From: Gnetum montanum | Taxonomy: Eukaryota; Plantae; Gnetophyta | Assembly: GCA_015680685.1 (NCBI GenBank) | Contig: MNCI01001191.1 | Location: forward strand, 45,666 to 107,766 | Direction of reading: 5' to 3' | DNA: 62,101 nucleotides | Shown: positions 24,157-36,100 of the stretch, one piece after another | Layout: every line of letters begins with the position of its first letter | How positions within the stretch are numbered: the stretch's first letter is position 1 | Position numbers and translations under genes: made by a program | Notes under the pieces: model-generated | Seen by the model: the letters and a program-made list of their open reading frames with translations, nothing else | Told to the model about the DNA's origin: nothing | Database searches by the model: none

Positions 24157-27100
24157 ATGGTACTTGTTCGCCATCGATCTCTCGTGCGTATTTGGCCTTG
24201 GACGAAACTTACCACCAACTTAGGGCTGCATTCCAAAACAATCTGACTCGTCGATAGCGCCCCGTGATGTAGCAAGGTCTGAGCCTAATGGGGCTATCAC
24301 CCTCTCCGATGCCCCATTCCAAGGGACTTAGGCTTGGTCCGCCACAGGGGACGCTTCTACAAACTACAATTCAGGCAGCAAAAACAAAGGAAACTTCTTC
24401 TTGAAGGCGCAGTCCAAGAGAGTGTTCTCCCTGGACCACATTAACCTAATCGCCAAGGGGGGGAAGCACAATTCCAAGGACCATCGGCTCAACTGACAAC
24501 AGAGAAGCTAGCAAAGAGCAGCAAGCCTACTCTTGTTGTGGCAAGGAGACCTACCACAGTGGGGAAGCCCACGAAGGTGGGGGTGGCCCCACCAACCATC
24601 CCTTGCGCCCAACAGTCATCCAACCCCCACCATCTCCCAACTTACGAGTATGGGCCCACATCAGCCTCGCTCCCCCATCTCAAGCCCTACATTCAAGCTC
24701 GCGGTGCCCATTCTTTCCGCATAGGGAGTAGCACCAACCCCACCCCCCCTTCCCAGGGGGGCAACGCTTTCTCCATTGGTTGCTCAACCTCTAAATTCTC
24801 AAACTCTACATGAAGCCATTCCTCCCCGCCTGGGAGTTTGAGGACCACCTCTTTGATTAGATCTTTCAAGAATAAGGTCCCCCACACACAGAAACAGGCG
24901 AAGCCCATCCGCTCCATCATCTATGTGACCTTATCGAAGGCAATAAAATCGCTGAAAATCCTGCACTACATCTAAGGAAATCCAAGTTCCACATTTCCCA
25001 CAGAATCCTGGAAACATGCATCCCTACTGAGGCATGAGCGAACAAATCCAGTTCGCGATGCACCCCCAACCACCAAGGGGTTAGAGCAAGTCCTCTAGCG
25101 CCATAAAACCACAGGACCCCCCCCCCCCCCCCCCCCTAATAGGACCATGTCACGGTCTTCAATTGTCTGGAAGATAAACAAGAGCAGGTCCTCCAACAGG
25201 CTCGTCACGTCCACTACCCCCACTCCCCAAACCTCCTTTGTCCACTATTAGATAAGGTCCATTTGGGGGTGAGCACCAGAAGACATGAACCATCCTATTA
25301 AACTACGTTGCATCGTCCTCACTCCCTCGGCTGGCAACCCACTAACTCGAAGGCACATGATGCCATCCAAACAAGAGCATTCCTCAATAGCCCCACTTGC
25401 TGCCTCAAAGTCCCCCATAGTACAACCCCCCTCAACGAACTCCCCAAGGCCTATCACCCACGGGCTAGTCAACTCGCCATTATCATGCATACCGTTTCCG
25501 CCCCCTCCGCATGCACTATATCTGCACACTCTGTTCTCCTTGCTCGCTTCATTCGTTCTAGTCGCTCCGTGTGCCCCATGCACTCCGTTTGCCTCACTCG
25601 CTCTGCTCACTCCATGCACTCTATTTGCCTTGCTTGCTCCGCTTGCTCCATGCGCTCTGCCCACACCCATTCCACTCCGTGCATCATCAATATTGTTTGA
25701 TATGATGGAAACACAAACAAACTTGAAAAAAAATATTGATGATGCATTATATAATTTGCTAACACGTGTTTGCCATATGTTTAGGCCAATTCATCAAAGG
25801 TGATATGAACAAGCTTCTGTATCAATAAGATGTAGCTTGTTAGTAACACTTGTGACCTGTATTCCACAGGTCACTAATTCCATCTTGACAAGGTAAATTG
25901 AGAATTTGATATATAGGTATTATTAAAGGAACTAGCTGAAAATAAATTCTGTCCAACAAATCCCTAGTGTCCTCAAATGGACCTGTTATTCAAGATTAGA
26001 ATGATTTTAAAGATACTAATTGATTGTCTGGCCTAGCGTGGTTGTCATAGACTACGCCTATTCTGCTCCCCCACCCCCCACCCCCCCAACTCTCCGGGCC
26101 CCCCCTCTTTAGTTTCTAGTTTTTAGTTTTCACAACTAGTTGAGGTTCGAGGCCTCCCATTTGGGCCACTAATAATGACCCGGAATTTTGTACTATCTCT
26201 TGTATTTTAATTTCCAGTAATATAATCCCAAACATTCTCTCAAATAAAAAAAAGATACTAATTGATTTCAATTATAAATCACATAAATATCAAGATCAAT
26301 GACATTCCTAGGGAAGTACTCACCCACCCTCTTGCTTAGTCAAACCTAATGTTGTTTGTTCCTTATGATACTAGAATCCCATAAATTTCAAAACAATGCC
26401 ACTTCTACAAAACAGGTAACCAATCTTATACATTAGGATGTATACGTTAGCATTTGTCATTCTAGTAATTCACGTCTAATAGTTATAGTTAACTACAACC
26501 ATTGAAAATTAGTAATGTGGTCATGAGAAGAAACTAGGAACCTGTCCTCTGCAAGGGACTCAACGTAATAGGAGAAAATTATTCCAAAAAGAATGGTGCT
26601 TATATATGCCCATGATATGTGAGGAGAATGAAAATATCGACTAATGTTTGCACCCTGCATGTGAAAAAAAATACATATTAAAAAATTCGAGACATCAAAT
26701 TGCTATATATCATATAAAAGTTATCCAAACTTGAAGAAAGTACTCACCGTTACTAAATGCCAAATGGCAAAAGGGAATAAAAAGCACGTGGCAGAAGCAA
26801 TAGTAATTGCATGAAGACGTCTCTTCCATTGTGTCTAGCAATGTAATACCATCCGAATATAATTAAATGTTGTGTGTAATTTATAAATAATCATTCAATT
26901 TACAGTTCAACCTTGAGATGGACACAGAAAAAATACGCAAACCTTCAAAGACACACGTCGCGCTACCACGCGCCGTACAGCTGACAATATTCCCGCAAAG
27001 ATAGGAGTCATCATTTCTCCTATTCTGACTTTACCATCCTGAGATACATATATATCTTCTAAACCTCCTTTAAATGGTGATTTCTTGTTAAAGTTCTCAA

Positions 27101-30100
27101 GACGAAAATTTTGGATAAAAACGCAGGAAAAAGATGTGAATTTAATTCAACCTGATATATCAAATCAATTAAATATGCTAGTTTTACGAAACATCTTTTT
27201 TATTCAGAAAAAAATACGATACCTTATCATAAGTAAAATTTAATATAATTATGAAAAGGATATAGATAGGAGCATTGTTTGCCTTAAACCATCCTTGTGA
27301 TAGAAAGTAGAATGCTGCCATCATTGCTACGAGGCCTCCAACCTTCATCCCCAGTTATTTCAAAGTCAACATATATTAATGATAAGAAGCAACTCTAACA
27401 AGAATTCTTATGTTTGCTTAAAAGTATGCTTGGTAACATCAACACTTTAACTATTTATTTAAATTTTTACAGTGTTATTTTCCAAGAACGTTTACCTAAA
27501 TATTACAGAATGGCCATAGGACTAAATATGTTTTCATGAGGGTTACATATCTTCCATGAGGGCTCTCAGCAAGCAAACAACTTTGCTCAATAGTTTTAGA
27601 TTTCAAAGATAACAAACATCTAAAGAATGCTACAAATAGAAACAGAATTCCCTAAAGGATGTATTTAATGGAGAAATAAAAGGTATGATACACGCTACCT
27701 AGCCTATTACATGCTTTGGGAAGATCTTGTATTTGGGTTGCACCAAAAAATTTAGCAACCAAAAAAAAAAATATTTCAACAGTGTTATCCTTATCTGTAA
27801 GGTTTTAAAACGTTAATAGTCCCCCAACAAGACTAAATCTGTGCAGCAATTCTACTAATGGCATGAATAATGGAATGTTGTGTCACGGCTGCATCATAAA
27901 TTGTAAGCACAAACACATTGAATGTTAAGAGTTTTCAATGTTAGTGGTCAATCTCAATGCATGAAGTAAATACTATTTAAAAATATAAATAGTGAATGAC
28001 TTGTACAAAGATAATTTATGAAGGTTAGTGACATTTTCGAGATGTATAAAGAAGCACACTCTCAAGGCAACAATAATGTAAGATATTGCAAGATACAATA
28101 TTTCTGGCTTGCAAGTTATAGCTTCAATCGCAATGAGATATTTTGAGACAAGTCCCAACCTAAGGGCATGGTATATTTAGAATGAGATCATCCTTAATCA
28201 TGAGTTGATGCACATATGCAAACAACATAAATTTCAAGCTATGGATCTAAAATTAGGCATTGCTAAAGCTTATGATACTCTAAGCTGGAAGGCTGTACAA
28301 CACATAATGGAAAGAAACGAATTTTATATCTAATTTCATAGACTCTGCTTCAAAAGGCAACAAACAGCTACATTCTCTCCTAATTACCATGGCTACATGC
28401 AAGGCATTTCTTGTAACTATGCCAGAGAATTAAGGCAAGGAGATCCTCTCTCCATACTTTTGTATCATTGTCATAGATACCATGTAGGCCTTCCTCAAGC
28501 AACAAAAAGTTAATTGAATTTTAATTAGCAGAGTAAATTATCTCATGAATCACTAACAACAGAAAAGGAATTGAAGCAAAGAATGGCCCAAGGATCTAGT
28601 AGGGGGAGAATGCCAATATGACAATTGACATCTCTTATGCATCCAATGCACAATAGAAATGTCAAAATATCCAAAACTTAAAATCATATCCATAGCCATC
28701 TAGCTCAACAAGAAGCCACTTAACTCGATCACTTCACTTTAACAAACATAAATTACGCACAAACAAAATGCAACCAGTGAAATGGAAAGTCGAACCAAAG
28801 GAAAACATATTATTCATGAACCTGAAAAATTGCAAACTCAAATCCAAAATAATGCAGCAGTCTCCACACTTATTCACAATATCGATGTCAATGATACACA
28901 TTCAGTTTCGGAAAAAAGGAAGAATTAGAAACTAGGTTGTGCACATTAATAAACTTGTTTACATAAATAACTAGAGAACAAGCACAAGAATCTTATGAAA
29001 CAGTAGTTTATAAATCAAATTATCAAAACTCTAACAAAAGAATTAAAAACAACTACATCCAGTGTCAATTGACAAACCATAATGAATAATGTTAACAAAT
29101 AATTTCATAGTTTTTTCTAATATTCAATATATATAATAGCACATATAGTCTAGTTATTAGTAGAAGAAAGAACATACAGTACAAAAGTGTTGTCAACCAT
29201 TTATTTCTCCTCTCTTGATCCATGTTCTTTCCATTTGATGCCCTTCATTGATTTCATGTGAAGCTCTCAATCCCTTCATCTCACAATGCTCCCAATTTCA
29301 CAAAAAAGCTCTCCCAAATATACACTCAAATTTCACAGCCAATTTCACAACCTATTTCACAATCAACTTTCAATTTCACAAGAATTTCAGAGTTTCTAAT
29401 AAATCTCTCCCTCATTTAACAATTGATCTCTCAATATTGAAATGAAGAAGAATGCATCCATAGAGACGCTATAGTTTTTGTTTGTTTTGAATCATGTTTT
29501 TATGAGAAGTTCCTATCAATAAATTTTGATAATGAATATTTGTATTACAAGTGTTTGACAAAATGATTAGAAGGATTTTGATGGTTTAGAAGCCAAGTTT
29601 TGCGATGCAATATCTTAAGGTTTATGTTGCAATTAATGGATAGAATATTTAACCAAGAAGATTCAAAAGTTTTAATACAAGTTTCAATATGATTTCACAT
29701 GTTTATAAGTGAAAAATTAATATGTAGAAGAGGCTTTCATGTTTGCCTCAAATCTCATGGAATTTTGATGTATTTGTAAAAATCAAATCCTCTCATGCTT
29801 GGAGTTCTCATGCTTTACAAATCTAATCAAATTACATTAATATATAAGCATTATTCATGAAGATTTTATAAAGCATGCCAAAGTACTTGCATTCATATAA
29901 AGTATTTGTTGAAATTTCTCCAAGTTCTATTTAAAACATCTGAATTGATTTAGTAAGTTCTCTTAAATTATGAAGATCTAAAGTATGTGCTACATATTTC
30001 TAGAAAGCTCTTTGAATTCTTTACAGCTTAGAACCAAGGAAATCTAAAAAGGCATTCATGAAAATTATTTTATTTTAATTTTATTCAAGTCTTTCCAAGA

Positions 30101-33100
30101 CAGAGGGAATTTGGACAGTGTTGAAAGATTAGCCCATAAATCAAATTTCCGTAAATATATTGATTTCTATTTTTTTTAATTGTTGAATTTTTCATGAGCT
30201 TTCCAATAGAGGGTCATATGAATCATAATTCAGTTTCATTTGAGAGATGATTTTTAATCATAATGATTAGCACTAAAAACTTGCTGGTTCTTAGACAGAA
30301 TGAACATATGTTAGTAAATCTTCTATATCTCTCTCATTTCATCATATTTTTAAGTGATTCTTTTTTCTTAATTGAAAAATGAAAGATTTTTAATGTCATG
30401 AAACAAATTTCATAGCAGTAATTTATGAACAAAGAGATCTGGAATCAATGCATTGCATGCTTCTGCTAACAAAATTTTGTTTTTTATTTGCCATTTTGCA
30501 TCAATTGTTCTAGTATTGATTTTTGTTTCACTTCATTCATTATCGTCTTTGTATTTTCTCTCACGCCTCATTTTTTTCCCATTTGACTTACTCTGCTGTT
30601 TTTATCAAACAATTATCCTCCTCCTCCTCCTCCTAGCCTTGTCCCACCAAAATGAGGTCAGCTATGCACACCAAAAACTAGGAAAATCCTAACCGTAACC
30701 CTCTTTTGCTTATTAATGGTCCTAGGGACCTTTAAATCCAATGTACTTGCTTCTACACTTTGTTACCTCAGGATGCACTGGTTAACATACTGCATCACTG
30801 GCTACAACCTGCTAAGCCTTTTGCAAATGCACTGGTTACTCGTACCAGATGCCTCTGCAGAGGCCGATTTTGGGATGGTTACTCGTACACTTGTTGTGTC
30901 TTGATACTGCTGGTTTGAATCTTTTCCTCAAATGGAACAAAGCATAGCTCATGCCCATCCAATATTGACCCCAAAAAATTAACAGTAAATTATCTACCAA
31001 GAACAGATATTAAATTCAAAATTTCCAAACATTCATTTACCTTTCTCCATATTTGAGGTCTTCGTCCATACAGAAATCCAGAAAGGACACCCAAACAAGC
31101 ACCCGCATACTCTGATAATGTAGTCCTGAAAGTCTTAAACAAATGCTTTGCTATGTAAAGATGGGATTTTAAAATGTTTTTATTTAACTGAGAGTTGCAT
31201 TTGGTGAAAAAGAGAGAAGAAAAATATTTTGTTCGCTAGTTGTCATGCGGAAAACAAGCTGTTGTGCACATGAAATTATTTCCAAAATGTTCAGTTAAGC
31301 ATAGCTAAGGAGATCTACTGCTTGTCATTCACTTTTAAGAAGCCAAAACGTAAAAAACACTTTTTTTTATAGGTTGCTGCATCCAAGAAGTTGCAGGCAT
31401 TCTGTCCAATAAATAACTAGGGCCTCATTATCTTCACATGGACATAACAAAACATTTTAATCTGAGTTTCAGTTTCAAAAATTCTGTGTCAAGTCAAAAT
31501 ACATTTCATTGCTCTAGTGATTTTCTTCTGTGGTCCTTGAAAAACTATCTTGACAGAGTCCTCAGGACAAGCCCAAATAAAGGACAGTTTCAAAAGATTA
31601 AAAATAATATGAAAAAGGGGCTTTGAAAATAACGTTTGTACACTTGGGAAAAGTCAAGAAATGATTTGTCTGAGCCGTCGAGCGGCCAGCAATTTCTGGA
31701 CTTTCTACATATGCACAATTTAGCTGATCTGGAGATTGCCGACTGCAAATTTACCTGGAGCAACCATCATAAGGGAACGGACTTCGTTCTATCAAGAATT
31801 GACTCTATTTGGGTAAGCTCTAGTATCTTATTGGATCTTGAGGTCCAAGTTTCTAGGAAGGAGAGGCTAGCGTCGGACCATCGGTTGCTTTGCTATCAGG
31901 TGGGGAAGCGGTCTCCACGAAAGTCCCCCTTTCGTTTCAAGCAGTCTTGGTTGCTAAACATTGGCTCAGGCCGTTGGTGACCCGAACCTAGGCAAATTAC
32001 CCGTCCCAAGTGGACCCTAGGGAGTTATTGAAGTGTGGGCTGCCTCGTCTCAAGTAGGCTATCCATTTGGTCAATGCCACTGAGAGCTACTCTTTCAGAA
32101 ATGGGCGTGCAAGTTTGCTAGAGCAGCTGGCCACTCTCCAAGCTTGTCAGGAGGTGGCAATTGAGGTGGCTGAGGAGGAACAACTGGTTTTAAAGGAGTT
32201 ATAGGACCTAACTGCAAAAAGGAGTTGTACTGGAAACAACATGTCTGGATTAAGTGGTTGCGGGAGGGCGACAAAAACACAAAGTTTTTCTTCACGATGG
32301 CTAAGTCTCACAGCCAAGCAACGACTATCAAGCTAGTGCATAATGGGGTAACCCTCACCGAACCCCAAGATGTTACCCTTGTGCTACATGAGTACTAGTC
32401 TAAGATTTGGGCCAACAAACACAGTGCCATTGTTTGTCCCTATCAAATCGGTTTTTGATGAAACATATAAGCATAAGCTCTTGGAGACTTTTTCATGGAC
32501 TGAGCTGGATGACGCAATGACTCCATGAGATCAGATCGTGCCCCTAGGTTGGATAGGTGGCCCATCAAATTTTTCCAAGTGTTTTGTTATCTTAGGGGCA
32601 AACATTTTGGAGGCCTTTAATTTGTTCGCAAAACAGGGTTGTCAATCTGTTGAAATCAATCGGAATTGTATTATAAGACTTATTTATATTATCAGTTATC
32701 ATCTCTTCACACTTTTACACTGGCTTGCAAATTATTGGTTGTTATTAATAAAAACAGACAGATTATAAAACAAATGAAACAAAAAAAATCTAAGATAATC
32801 TTTTCAGATAGTGAGCTTTCAGTCAAATCTAAATACCTGACTGGGCCACAAGATTCAAGACCTCTTCCCCATAGAACAAAGTACAATGCCAATATTCCAC
32901 CATTAATAATAGATGGCACCACCTGAAAAATTATAATAGGTAGCAATGAAATGTGTGCAATATGTGAAGGTTATGAAATAAAGTACTCATCATGGAAACA
33001 ATTATTAGTATGTAAATGGTAACGCTTGAGTGTTAGCATTACTAGATAACACATGCTAATTGCTCAATAATAATGATCACGTGTTAGCAGCCAGTGGTGC

Positions 33101-36100
33101 AGCACTGAAACCCCTAAACTAGACCCTAGTAAAAGTATATATTAGAATATTTATAATTGTTAATGTTACTAGAATAAAATCTAACCTGTGAATGAGATAA
33201 TGGCCTCCCTTTCCATGGTTTCTGCATTATCAAAAATAATACAGCTGATAAAAATAAACAAACGAAGATGAACTCGATGACAGGTATACCAGTTTGGGCT
33301 AAATACTGATAGGTTGCATAAACCGACCATATCCGCATGAACTGACCCAAAATGTGAATTACTTGCAATGGCACATGTCTGCAACAAACCGAAAATAATG
33401 AAAAAAAAAACAACAAAATACCAATATCTATTATACTTTCTAAAATAAAACAAATCTAACAGTTTCTTTAAAACAGGGTAATGTAGTAACAAACATGATA
33501 ATGTGTTGAATGGTATGAATATGTTAAGCTAAATCTTGTACCTTCATTACTTAATTGATAAATACGGCCTTTTTGTAAGGAATGAACCGTTGCTAATGAG
33601 TTCTTTCTAGATGGTTCTGTAGGGTTTGTTTTTATTCTATGAGTGATTTCTTTGGAATGTTCAATATTGGTGAGATCCTTCTAAATGCATAACTTTCTTT
33701 TTTTGAAAAAGGATCAGAGTTATACTAAAAACAGAATGTACATAGTACAAACCACAAAGGGGGATTGGAAAACCAAAAGGCAAAGCCTTCATCAGACAAA
33801 AAGATAAGGGAAAAAACTCCGCCGTGCCAATTCGCAGAAAGCAGCAACAGACAAAGAACATAAAAATAGATAAACAGACCGTTGCAAGTGGTATGGGAAC
33901 CTGGTCCCACCTCATAGCCTTGATCCCCCAAGAAAATCAAAAACATATTTGAGAGCCCTTCCAAAAATCTAACAAAAAATGATGTCATCTAAGAATGGAA
34001 GATGAAGGCAACCACATCAACACCACTAAATGTGATAAATCCTATTTAGCAAATCCCTATCTTCCTTGGACTTGAAGAAATCAGCCACCTAGCAAAAGAT
34101 CTGCAATTTCCCTAGATGCCTTCTTTTCTCGGCCTCGCTCATGTGGGTAGCCTTATTTGGATGGCCCATGTTAGAAACCCAACAATAGAAAGATCTAAGA
34201 TCATTTCATTGGGTATAACAATTGATACCAACATCACATTGAGACACTCCCTATTCTTGAACCAATCTCTAAGCTTTTCCTCATGTTGCTTCTTTAAGCA
34301 ATTTTGCATCTCCCTATATTTCTAGCTTTCAATATCATTTCTTCTCTACTCTTCCTTCCCACAACACCTCTCCTCTTCCATCTCATGCCAAACCTCCACT
34401 CTAATTTAATCACGTCGCTCAAACTTCGGGCTATATCAAAGCTCACCCTCCAACAACTCCGATCTTCTCTTGTTTTCCCACTTGAGTTTGACCTCCAAGT
34501 CCTCTATGGCCACCATAAGATTGGCATCCACTTGTTACTTCAGTTTCATTTCAATCTCAGTGGCCCGTCGCAAAACCTCCTTTGCCTGCACCTTCCAACT
34601 CTCCTCCCATTCATGTTTGATCTATTGCAGCTATTGTTGGAATTCACACTCCAACATCTCTTTCATCTTCTCCGCCCAAGTTTGCATAGTATCCTCAACC
34701 TTCAAACTCCCCACAACATCACCAACCTCCAAGTCCCCTTTAGCTTATGCATCCTCCAAATCCTAGACTTCATCCATGGCATCCAAGCCCTCTTCACCAC
34801 CCATAGCCTCCAAGCTCACAATATCATCTGCCACCTCCAAACCAAGTCCTCCTTCTGTAAACAATGTGACAGTCCACAATTCTAGATGGAGAAATAAGAA
34901 AGAATTGTGAGTGAAGTTATGCCACATGCTACAAGACTAGTATGAGACCCAAATGTCTACCAACTGTAGGACCCCTAATAACCACTTTCTAAAGATTAGT
35001 ACAATTTTTTTCTTTTCCAATCCCTTAAAAACAAAGGATGATACTTACATTAGCAACTAACAAGGCTGTGATTCATAATGATGGGATGAGTACAAGGCCT
35101 ACATGCCTCCTTCTCTCATTAGACTTAACAAGTTGTTGATAGGATGAGACCTTGTCACTTTTCCTGATTCTAAAAATGAGTGCATCTATTGCATATCATC
35201 TAACTTTAGTAGCACTATGACATCTAAAAAAAAACTAGCATCATCCAGGGTGATTGCTAACACTTCCCATCACTTGTGAAGCTAGAAAACATCAAACATT
35301 TGTGTGATTCACTTGTTTCAAGTTTTATTTTACAAGCAGCACCAACAGATGTGGTTGGGTGTACTCCTAATCTTCCACTATGTTTCTCTCATATAAGATC
35401 ATTTAATCTATAATACACTTCAAACAATGGCAAGGATGCAAAAATTGTATAGGTTTCAACAACTTTGATCATGCAATGTGGCATTGCATTTCCACATTGA
35501 GGACCATCCAACTCAAAAGAACCTGGTCACCATCCAGCCATGAGTTGGGTCATCTTTGGGTTCTAAACTACACAAACAAAGCTTGGCTCAACTATCATTT
35601 TTGGACTACACCTTGATATACCCCCAAGATAGGTGACCAGGGATCATACATGAAGTACACACTTACAAATGGCACTTGCATCATTGAAAACCTCTAGGTA
35701 TCCCCTTGGGTCCAATGGCTAAAGATATTAAGCCGAATTAAGCATATGTACAGGTAAAGTTGGATAGTGATGCTTATCTCCACATCTACAGCAAGGTGTA
35801 TGCAAAATAAACAAACAATGCAACCCACCCATTCAAGGTATGCAGATGAATATATTATTATTAGAATGATTAGTTAATGATTAGTTAATGATCCAGTGCT
35901 TTACACAATGCACACCAATCAAATGCATCACCCACCTAATTACTAGTTGTGGGTTTAGGTGAATTACTTATCCTATGGCCTAAAGGGCTTCTAATCATAA
36001 TTCATGTGGGTTAATTTTAGGGAAAGCATATAAACATACATGATCACACATATATTTTCTGTTCTTTCTTTGCACAAATAAAGGAATATAATTGCTAATA

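Noticed and set aside
23635-24375. Functional rRNA gene
   Set aside because: Only a fragment, with substitutions in conserved motifs and no rDNA context.
34304-34885. Plus-strand 193-aa Leu-rich ORF as a membrane protein
   Set aside because: Antisense shadow of the E/K-rich coiled coil on the minus strand.
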